NCBI GenBank assembly: GCA_031275465.1
Contig: JAISOT010000212.1
Coordinates: 1 to 43,147 of the forward strand
Length of the DNA: 43,147 nt
DNA from: Desulfovibrio sp.
GTDB taxonomy: Bacteria; Desulfobacterota; Desulfovibrionia; Desulfovibrionales; Desulfovibrionaceae
Reading direction: 5' to 3'
The position numbers and the translations under genes were made by a program. Below are positions 36,188 to 43,147 of this stretch, piece by piece. Numbering within the stretch: the stretch's first letter is position 1; every line of letters begins with the position of its first letter. Below the pieces are notes generated by a model. It did not search any database and was not told the DNA's origin. It worked only from the letters and a program-made list of their open reading frames with translations.

Positions 36188-36211
36188 ACGTTCCTCTCCC
36201 GTTGATACACC

Positions 36212-36250
36212 ATACCCCTATAGGGTATTGGCAATGAGGACAAATGTCAA
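36212..36250 (-). promoter_or_regulatory. CsoR operator overlapping a sigma70 promoter
   Basis: ATACCCCTATAGGGTAT C/G-tract pseudo-palindrome (36212-36228); TTGACA-N17-TACCCT. Confidence 0.8.
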
Positions 36251-36289
36251 CCGCTGTCAGCTTCCCCGCGGAACCGCGCCAGGGTGCGC

Positions 36290-37168
36290 TTAATCCAGGG
36301 GAGGGCGGTAAAACCTTCCGTTCAGCTGTTCCGTGTTCAATATGTTTATGAAGGCGTCGGGATCGATTTTTTTTATTCCGGCAACAAGTTTATGCGTTTC
36401 GTTGGCCGCCACGACGGAATAGAGCATGACGCGCTCGGCCATCCTGTACTGGCCGATTCCGGTGAAGGCCGTGGCGCCGTGGTGCGTCTGATCCCTGATC
36501 AGGGCGTATATCTCATCGGGCATGCCGGTTATGATGAGCAGGGTTTTGCGCTGGTAGCCGCGGAAAAGCGCCTTCAGGCCCATGGTTGTGGTGTACTGGA
36601 ATATGATGGAGTACAGGGCCTTGTCCAGTTCAAACAGGCAGCCCGCCAGGATCAGGATTGCGCAGTTTCCGGCAAAGATGTGATGCCAGGCGTCCTTGCC
36701 GTGTTTCTCGGAAATGAAGATGGCTATGAAGTCGGTTCCCCCGCTGGTGGCATGGGCGAAAAGGCACAGGCTTATGGAAAGGGCGTTGAGCAGGCCTCCG
36801 AAGACCGCGGAGAGGAGCGTGTCGTGCGGTTGCAGAAAACCTGCGAACATGACGGGCATCCAGTCGGTGAGCAGGCCGCTCAGGGCAATCATCAGGCAGG
36901 AAAACAGGGTGAAGCGTTTGCCGATGAACAGATAGGAGATTGCGGCCGGCGCGGCGTTCAGGATGTAAAGGATGATGCTGAAGGGCGCGTCGACTCCGGC
37001 GAAGCGCAGGGCGCTCTCCTTGATGAGCAGGGCAAGGCCGGTAAAGCCGCCGGGTATGAGGCCTCCGGCGTGCACAAAGGTATTGAGATTGAAAGCCATC
37101 AGCACAGAGGCGGCGGTGACCAGCGCAATGCGCGCGGCTGCCGACGGAGAGTTTTTTTGAGCGTACAT
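36290..37168 (-). CDS. YitT-family membrane protein
   Basis: IPGGFTG, TSGGTD, HGAT...G.G.Y, IDPDAFI. Confidence 0.9.
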   Translation of the reverse strand: MYAQKNSPSAAARIALVTAASVLMAFNLNTFVHAGGLIPGGFTGLALLIKESALRFAGVDAPFSIILYILNAAPAAISYLFIGKRFTLFSCLMIALSGLLTDWMPVMFAGFLQPHDTLLSAVFGGLLNALSISLCLFAHATSGGTDFIAIFISEKHGKDAWHHIFAGNCAILILAGCLFELDKALYSIIFQYTTTMGLKALFRGYQRKTLLIITGMPDEIYALIRDQTHHGATAFTGIGQYRMAERVMLYSVVAANETHKLVAGIKKIDPDAFINILNTEQLNGRFYRPPLD

Positions 37169-37258
37169 GGATGCCTCGCGGCGACTATGTTAACCGCGCG
37201 TCTTCAAGAAGGCAAAGAAGTTTTGGCGGCAGACGGGACGGGTACGAAAAAAGGGCCT

Positions 37259-38842
37259 TCAAAATTCAGGACGCAGCAAGGGGAAGAGAATGACTTCGCG
37301 GATGGAGGGGCAATCCGTAAGCAGCATGACAAGGCGGTCAATGCCGACGCCCTCGCCGGCCGCCGGGGGCATGCCGTACTCCAGCGCGCGCAGATAGTCC
37401 TCGTCCATGCTGTGGGCCTCCTCATCGCCGGCCTCCTTTTCCCTTGCCTGATCTTCAAAGCGCATGCGCTGATCCACAGGATCGTTCAGCTCGGAAAAAG
37501 CATTGGCCATTTCGCGTCCGGCGATGAAGAGTTCAAAACGGTCCGTCAGTTCGGGTTTCTCGCTGTTTCTGCGGGAAAGGGGCGAAATTTCCGTAGGGTA
37601 GTGATAAATGAAGTGCGGCTGCACCAGTTTGTCTTCCACATCCAGATCAAAAAGTTTGGCCTGAAGCTTTTGCAGGCTCTCCCTGTCGGTTGTTTTTTCG
37701 CCGCGTTCGCGGATGTAATCACGTAATTTATTGTAATTGTTATAAAGCTGTTCGGCGTGTCCACCGATTTGGCTGAGAGAATCGTAGAAGGAAAGGCGGG
37801 TCCAACGTCCGGGAGTGAGGTCTATTTCTTTACCCTGATAGGTTATCACGGCGGCGCCGCACGCTTTGAACGCCAAATGGGCAAAAAGTTTTTCCGTAAA
37901 ATCCATCAAATCGCTGAACGTCGCATAAGCCCAATAGAATTCGCACATGGTGAATTCCGGATTGTGGCGCGTATCAATGCCTTCGTTGCGGAAGTTGCGA
38001 TTGAGTTCAAACACTTTTTCAAAACCGCCCACCAGCAGGCGTTTCAGATAAAGTTCCGGGGCGACGCGCATGTAAAGGCGCAGATCCAGAGCATTATTGT
38101 GGGTGACGAAGGGACGCGCCGTTGCTCCGCCGGGCAGGGGCTGCATCATGGGAGTTTCCACTTCCATGAAGTTGTTGTCTTCCATAAAGCGGCGAAATTC
38201 GCGCACTATCAGGCTGCGCTTCTGAAAAATTTCCCGCGTGCGCGGCGTGACGATCAGGTCCACATAGCGCTGGCGGTAGCGCGTTTCCTGATCTTTGAGG
38301 CCGTGGTATTTTTCGGGCAAAGGCCTCATGGATCGGGCGAGCAGGGTAACCCCCGCACAGTCCAGAGTGAGTTCCCCTGTTTTTGTCCGGAAGAGGCGGC
38401 CATTGACGCCGGCGATATCGCCCACTTCCAGCTTTTTGACGACAAGACAGGCGGTGGGGTTCAGGTGCTCCTTTGCGGCATAGCACTGAATGCGGCCGCT
38501 TTCGTCCATAATGTGGAAAAAAAGCACTTTGCCGAAAGAGCGCAGGGAGACAATGCGCCCGGCAAGCGCAAAGATTTCCTCTGACTGGCCCAGCGTTTCG
38601 GCATCCGCCGTCCCGAAGCGTTCAAGCACAAAGGCTATATGATGCTGTTTGCGGAAATTGTTGGGGAAAAGGGGAACGCCGGCATCCAGAAGGTCACAGG
38701 CCTTGCTGACCCGGTTTTTGAGCACTTCATTCAAACCTTCGCGCGCGGATATGCTTTCCAGCAGAGGCATGAAATAGGCCGCATGCGGAGATTTTGTGCT
38801 CAAGCGCACAGCGGGTTTGGGATTTTTCTTGCCACCGTCCAC
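37259..38842 (-). CDS. lysS: Lysine-tRNA ligase, class II
   Basis: PLPEKYHGL, RYRQRYVDL, GGATARPF, FRNEG, ANAFSELNDP, YGMPPAAG. Confidence 0.97.
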   Translation of the reverse strand: MDGGKKNPKPAVRLSTKSPHAAYFMPLLESISAREGLNEVLKNRVSKACDLLDAGVPLFPNNFRKQHHIAFVLERFGTADAETLGQSEEIFALAGRIVSLRSFGKVLFFHIMDESGRIQCYAAKEHLNPTACLVVKKLEVGDIAGVNGRLFRTKTGELTLDCAGVTLLARSMRPLPEKYHGLKDQETRYRQRYVDLIVTPRTREIFQKRSLIVREFRRFMEDNNFMEVETPMMQPLPGGATARPFVTHNNALDLRLYMRVAPELYLKRLLVGGFEKVFELNRNFRNEGIDTRHNPEFTMCEFYWAYATFSDLMDFTEKLFAHLAFKACGAAVITYQGKEIDLTPGRWTRLSFYDSLSQIGGHAEQLYNNYNKLRDYIRERGEKTTDRESLQKLQAKLFDLDVEDKLVQPHFIYHYPTEISPLSRRNSEKPELTDRFELFIAGREMANAFSELNDPVDQRMRFEDQAREKEAGDEEAHSMDEDYLRALEYGMPPAAGEGVGIDRLVMLLTDCPSIREVILFPLLRPEF

Positions 38843-38966
38843 AAAATTCTCCGCTTCTCAAGGCAAGCCGTCCCATGGCTGAACTTTTTTCCAATTGCAA
38901 ACAGCGAGGGTTATCTTGGAATTGGAATCAGGAATAGCAGCCGGACAGCGTGGATATAGAAACAAT

Positions 38967-38995
38967 ACCCTATGTCATCCCGTCTTTCGCGTCAA
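38967..38995 (-). promoter_or_regulatory. sigma70-type promoter of lysS
   Basis: TTGACG-N17-TAGGGT. Confidence 0.5.
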
Positions 38996-39026
38996 GATTT
39001 TCATCACAGGCGATTTCCATGCTGTT

Positions 39027-39830
39027 TTATGCGGACGCGGCGAACAGCGCGTTGGCATTGCTCATAATTTTTTCCAGCTTGCGGCGCGTGAGTCTGCCCA
39101 CGCGCCGCAAGCGTTCCTGTTCCTCTTTGATGTCGAAAAGCGGCCAGTCGGAGCCGAAAAGCAGCCTTTCCTCCGGCCAGGTTCGCAGAAGTTCCCGGAC
39201 TGTGTCGCCGTGGGCAAAAAAGGAGACGCTTGACGTGTCAAACCACAGATTCTCGCGCCTTCTGCCGCCAAACAGCCTGATGGCTTCTTCCCACATCAGG
39301 TAGCCGCCGAGGTGTCCGGCAATAATGACAAGATCGGGAAAGTTGTCCAGAATGGCGGCCAGTTTGCCGGGGGAGGAGGGGGCGTCTCCGGGGTTTTTGT
39401 TCGAACCTACGTGGAATTGTATGATGAATTTTTTTTGCGCGTACTCGAGAATGGGGAAGAGATTTTCGTCATCCATACCGAATCCCTGGAAGTCAGGATG
39501 CATTTTGAGTCCGCGTATGCCGGCCTTTTGCAGGCGCGTGAGTTCATCCTCAAAATTTTTATAGCCCGGGTGCATGCTGCCGAAGGCAATGACCTGAGGA
39601 TATTTTTTTTGCAGGCTGATGGCATAGTTGTTGGCGGGGATAACCTGCGCCGGCGTCGTGGCGGCGCAGAGCACGACAAACCTGTTGATTCCCGCCGCTT
39701 TTTCACGGGCGAGCAGGTGTTCAATGGTGCCGTCTCCCGTACAGTCCGTGGCATAGGCGGCGTTGATCTGCGCTATGGCCTTGCGCGCTATTTTCGCGTG
39801 AAAGGCGTGGGTATGTATGTCTATGAACAT
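39027..39830 (-). CDS. Amidohydrolase_2-family metallohydrolase
   Basis: IDIHTH, GLKMHP, FHVG, AGHLGG, FDTS, LFGSDWP. Confidence 0.88.
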   Translation of the reverse strand: MFIDIHTHAFHAKIARKAIAQINAAYATDCTGDGTIEHLLAREKAAGINRFVVLCAATTPAQVIPANNYAISLQKKYPQVIAFGSMHPGYKNFEDELTRLQKAGIRGLKMHPDFQGFGMDDENLFPILEYAQKKFIIQFHVGSNKNPGDAPSSPGKLAAILDNFPDLVIIAGHLGGYLMWEEAIRLFGGRRRENLWFDTSSVSFFAHGDTVRELLRTWPEERLLFGSDWPLFDIKEEQERLRRVGRLTRRKLEKIMSNANALFAASA

Positions 39831-40804
39831 GAAATGGTCGTGTTGACGCCGTTGACGACGTTTACCGGTGTCCCATGTTTCCAGCGGCGAATGTTTTCCG
39901 CCGTCAGAGCAATGATGTTTTGCCGCGCCTTGGCTGTGGCCCAAGCGATGTGGGGCGTGATGACGGTATTGGGGGCCTTGAGCAACGGATTAGAGGCGCA
40001 GGGGGGCTCGGTGGAGAGCACATCCGTTCCCAGAGCGCGCAGTTTGCCGGATTTCAAGGCCTTGGCCGCATCCGCCTCATTGACCAATTGCCCGCGGGAG
40101 GTGTTCAGCAGAATAGCGCCGTCTCGCATTTTCGCAAAAGCGCCGGCGTTAATGATTTCCCTGGTTTGCGCTGTCAGCGGGCAATGCAGGGAGATAACGT
40201 CGGAGGAGGCCAGAAGCTGCTCCAGCGGAACAAAGGCAAAGGGACTGTAATTGGGCGGATTTTTGGGATGCGGGCAGTTGGCGAGCACACTCATGCCAAA
40301 GGCGTGCGCCAGCTCGCCCACACGTCGTCCTATGGAGCCGAAGCCGACAATGCCCATTGTCAGCCCTTCCAGACACAGGGGAGTTTTTTTCCAGTAACAC
40401 CACATGTTTATTTTTTTCCATTCCCCGGCCTTCACGCTTTCCGTGTGTTCGCTCACATGCCTGCAAAGTTCAAGCAGCATGGCCATGGTATGCTGGGCGA
40501 CATCATCCACGCCGTAGGCCACGACATTGCAGACAGGGATGTTCTTTTCGGCGCAGGCCTCAATATCCACAACATTATAGCCCGTTGCCAGAACGCATAC
40601 CAGTTTTACCCCTGCGCATTTTTCAATATCCTTGCGTTTCAGGGGGGTTTTGTTGAGTAAAAGCACGTCGGCGTTTCTGGCGCGTTCCGCAACCTTGCCG
40701 GGCGGCGTTTCATCATGCACCCGCAATTCGCCGATATCTGAAATGGGCCCCCAATCCACGTCGCCGGGATTGAGGACAGCTCCGTCAAGAACAACTATTT
40801 TCAT
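39821..40804 (-). CDS. D-2-hydroxyacid dehydrogenase (glycerate dehydrogenase-like)
   Basis: ATGYNVVD, GFGSIG, SLHCPL, NTSRG, DVLSTEPP, TPHIAW. Confidence 0.92.
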   Translation of the reverse strand: MKIVVLDGAVLNPGDVDWGPISDIGELRVHDETPPGKVAERARNADVLLLNKTPLKRKDIEKCAGVKLVCVLATGYNVVDIEACAEKNIPVCNVVAYGVDDVAQHTMAMLLELCRHVSEHTESVKAGEWKKINMWCYWKKTPLCLEGLTMGIVGFGSIGRRVGELAHAFGMSVLANCPHPKNPPNYSPFAFVPLEQLLASSDVISLHCPLTAQTREIINAGAFAKMRDGAILLNTSRGQLVNEADAAKALKSGKLRALGTDVLSTEPPCASNPLLKAPNTVITPHIAWATAKARQNIIALTAENIRRWKHGTPVNVVNGVNTTISCS

Positions 40805-40824
40805 GAGTTTTCCCCGGAAAGTGA

Positions 40825-40848
40825 ATGGCCGCCCTTGCGGGCGGCCAT
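40825..40848 (-). terminator. Hairpin after pal
   Basis: ATGGCCGCCC-GCAA-GGGCGGCCAT followed by TCACTTT. Confidence 0.6.
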
Positions 40849-40891
40849 AAGTCACAATGCTGATGCTCCGTTGGGAGGGCCAGCAAACTGT

Positions 40892-41356
40892 CTAGTGAGC
40901 AACCACGCGAAAGTCGTCGCGGCGGTTCTTGGACCAGACGGATTCGCCGCTGCCCTGAACAGCCGGGTTTTCCTTGCCGTAGCTGATCATTTCAAGCTGG
41001 CCGGGATTCACGCCGAGGGTGGCAAGATATTCGTAAGCGGCGCGGGCGCGGCGCTCGCCAAGGGCCAGGTTGTATTCCTGAGTGCCGCGTTCGTCGCAAT
41101 TGCCCTCAATGCGCACGCGAATGGCTGGGTAGCGTTTCAGCAGATCGGCCTTGCCCTTCAGCATGTCTTTGTATTCGGGTTTGATGTCGAACTTGTCAAA
41201 GGCAAAGTACACGCGGGCATCAGTGATTTGCTGGATAGCGGCGCGCATCTCCGGCGTCAGCCCATCGTCGTAAGCGCCGTCGGCGGATTTCTTCGCGCAG
41301 CCGAAACCGGCGGCGAGGGCCATAACCAAGGCGAGAATCAAAGCGTAACGTTTCAT
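40892..41356 (-). CDS. pal: Peptidoglycan-associated lipoprotein
   Basis: Lipoprotein signal ending AGFGC; VYFAFD, EGNCDERGTQEYNLALGERRA, ISYGKE, KNRR. Confidence 0.95.
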   Translation of the reverse strand: MKRYALILALVMALAAGFGCAKKSADGAYDDGLTPEMRAAIQQITDARVYFAFDKFDIKPEYKDMLKGKADLLKRYPAIRVRIEGNCDERGTQEYNLALGERRARAAYEYLATLGVNPGQLEMISYGKENPAVQGSGESVWSKNRRDDFRVVAH

Positions 41357-41458
41357 CGTGTGTCCTCCTGAACAGCTCATACTCCAAAAATTTTCCTTTC
41401 CTTTCTACACTTTCCTTATCAGCAGTCGCGTCTTGCGGCCTCTCGGGGCCACTGACAA

Positions 41459-41486
41459 ATGGTATCCATACCACGATTTTTGTCAA
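41459..41486 (-). promoter_or_regulatory. sigma70-type promoter of pal
   Basis: TTGACA-N16-TACCAT. Confidence 0.55.
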
Positions 41487-41617
41487 GGAGCCGGAAACCT
41501 TTTCCAGTATATTTCCACAAAAATTTTTTGGAGTTCGCCCGGTGCGCAATCCCTCCTCTACGTCGGATCCGGCCCTTGTGCCCATCAGCGGAAGCGCATG
41601 GCGGGACGGATGCGGGT

Positions 41618-41898
41618 TCAGCCCTTGTCGTAATGATAGCGGCATTGCAGAATGGTCAAGGTGTCCGCCTTTTCGTCCCATGCGTAAACAAGGCGGTATT
41701 CCTGATCAATACGGCGCGACCAGCATCCGGTAAGCTGGAAGCGCAAAGGTTCGGGCTTGCCTTCGCCCTCGAAGGGAGCGCGCAGGGCGGAAGCGATCAG
41801 CGCGTTGAGACGCCGGAGTTTCTTTTTGTCCCGCTCCTCCCAGTACAAATAATCTTTTAATCTTTCCAGGCGTTGGGAGTCCATACGAGGTTTGCCAT
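41618..41898 (-). pseudogene. yoeB: Txe/YoeB toxin, frameshifted
   Basis: MANLVWTPNAWKD and DYLYW...GKPEPLR...WSRRIDQEYRLVY...CRYHY lie in different frames because of an 8-bp duplication. Confidence 0.88.
41850..41865. repeat. 8-bp tandem duplication
   Basis: TAATCTTT x2. Confidence 0.95.
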
Positions 41899-42162
41899 CG
41901 CATTTCCCGGCGTGCTGGGAGGATGCGGCGCGACGCTGCCTTTCCGCATGTCGGCAATGCTTTCCAGAAGCCGCTCCGCATTGGCGGGAGTGCGCAGCAG
42001 ATATACGGTTTCCTGAATGCTGTTGTATTCGTCCAGAGACATCATTACCACAGGACGGGCCTTGCGCCGCGTGATGACAATCACGTCGCGGTCGTCACAC
42101 ACGCTTTCCATGAGTGCGGCCAGATTTTTTCTGGCTTCCGAATAATTGACGGCGTCAAGCAT
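41857..42162 (-). CDS. yefM: YefM/Phd antitoxin, extended in frame into the YoeB N-terminus
   Basis: NYSEARKNL, ITRR, VMMSLDEYNSIQET.YLLR.PANA.RL..SI. Confidence 0.9.
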   Translation of the reverse strand: MLDAVNYSEARKNLAALMESVCDDRDVIVITRRKARPVVMMSLDEYNSIQETVYLLRTPANAERLLESIADMRKGSVAPHPPSTPGNAMANLVWTPNAWKD

Positions 42163-42172
42163 GGCATACCTC

Positions 42173-42196
42173 TCTTGTACAATTGATAGTACAAGA
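42173..42196. promoter_or_regulatory. YefM-type operator
   Basis: Perfect inverted repeat TCTTGTAC-N8-GTACAAGA containing the TGTACA core known from yefM-yoeB operators. Confidence 0.75.
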
Positions 42197-42221
42197 CAGG
42201 TTCGCAGTCAATCTGCCTGAA

Positions 42222-42283
42222 TCCGATTGAGGACGATAACGGATAAAATCCGGTCCGACGGGGCATGGGAGGATTACCTGTGA
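42222..42283 (+). pseudogene. Relic junction of a second antitoxin-yoeB pair
   Basis: PIEDDNG* overlapping (ACG)DKIRSDGAWEDYL*. Confidence 0.5.
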
Positions 42284-42532
42284 AGTTTTCTCCGAAAAAT
42301 TTGCTTTCCGGTTCTTGCCATTTTCTCCGCAATCAGGTATCCACCCCAAGTGTGGCTGTCGTGCGGTTTTCCGGCGCCGCAGGGGCCGAAGCATCCGTTT
42401 CCGGCGGGAGATGGATGCGCCGGCTGAAATCGGCGATATTGGCCTGACTTTTGCTATACACAAACACACACATTAACACCGTCCCATAACGCGCTCTCCG
42501 CAAGGAAAAGCGCTGTTTTGCCGTTTTTTTTC

Positions 42533-42567
42533 CGGCCCTGTTTCCTTCGGGAGACAGGGCCGTTTTT
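42533..42567 (+). terminator. Orphan intrinsic terminator
   Basis: CGGCCCTGTTTCC-TTCG-GGAGACAGGGCCG-TTTTT. Confidence 0.75.
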
Positions 42568-42630
42568 GCGTTTCCAGTCCCCGGGCAACAGACACGGAAC
42601 AGAGGGCGGGGAAAGGAGAAACGGACGTGG

Positions 42631-43007
42631 CTAGAGCATTTCAACTTTCAAATTATCCAAACATAGTTTAGACTGTGGGCCATGAAAACAGCAAGTTCCG
42701 AAGTGCGCTCCATCGCCATCAAAGCTTATTGATCAGGCATTTCAAGACAACAGGTTGCTGATATCGTCGGCTACCATCTGAATAGTGTCAGTCGATGGAT
42801 ACGTGAGTTTGAGCGGGAGGCGCGGCTTGGAGCACGCCCACGAGGGCACCGGCCCTCTATTTTTTCTCCTGACGACATCAAGAACTCACTGAACTTATTA
42901 AAAAAATGATGGGGTAGGCGATGCCTTGAACCTTGTTTCCGCAAACGATGCTCGAGGCTGGTTTACATCCTGCGGTTATACACAATTTGAAAGTTGAAAT
43001 GCTCTAG
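42631..43007 (+). mobile_element. Internally deleted IS630-family element
   Basis: Perfect 24-bp inverted ends CTAGAGCATTTCAACTTTCAAATT; HTH start MKTASSEVRSIAIKAY*SGISRQQVADIVGYHLNSVSRW joined to the C-terminus ARGWFTSCGY. Confidence 0.88.
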
Positions 43008-43033
43008 AGGAGCCGCAGACCGGCCTGGATGCT

Positions 43034-43147
43034 CTAGTGTCACGTTCATGAAATAAATTTGATTTATGCGGAAAGTGGTTTTCCATCGTAAGTCCATTTG
43101 AACGGGTGTGCCGATTGCTCGTTATAGCATCGGATATAACGCATGAT
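43034..43147 (-). mobile_element. End of a second IS630-family element, continues beyond the window
   Basis: 43064-43147 (-) reads IMRYIRCYNEQSAHPFKWTYDGKPLSA*, an IS630-type C-terminus; element ends at CTAG 43034-43037. Confidence 0.8.

Noticed and set aside
41381-41534. Invertible pal promoter
   Set aside because: Repeats are short and low-complexity and no recombinase is nearby
42730-42732. In-frame TGA as selenocysteine or recoding
   Set aside because: Lies in a deleted transposase relic; simple nonsense mutation is more likely

Overview
GC-rich bacterial window, most consistent with a Desulfovibrionaceae genome (inferred from gene content, not proven), with signs of erosion (IS relics, broken genes). 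Left half (79-20806): an accessory organic-acid locus running up to the 3' end of tRNA-Ala(CGC). A PrpR-like sigma54 activator sits between two gene sets. One is a long minus-strand run: non-canonical FrdA/FrdB-like pair, divergent two-subunit Fe-S hydro-lyase, ferredoxin-cytochrome b fusion, DASS carrier, Tat flavoprotein lacking the fumarate-reductase residues, AOR plus MoaD, a deletion-chimera pseudogene, an MmgE/PrpD protein and a VOC protein. The other is a citrate-lyase-type set (citC-D-E-F, citX, citG) whose CitF motifs are altered. Both sets have a -24/-12 promoter and share a TGTTGC-N5-TGTTGC motif, so they look like one regulon. This is the best candidate for an undescribed pathway; its substrate cannot be read from sequence. 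Right half: Hpt protein, four-gene glycogen cluster with a glycogen synthase-phosphorylase fusion, sdaA, an ECF sigma operon, CsoR plus P1B ATPase with operator, yitT-family gene, lysS, amidohydrolase, D-2-hydroxyacid dehydrogenase, pal, a yefM-yoeB pair broken by an 8-bp duplication, a candidate sRNA and two IS630-family elements. No CRISPR array, rRNA or integrase was seen. Motif comparisons rest on recalled family consensus and need alignment checks.
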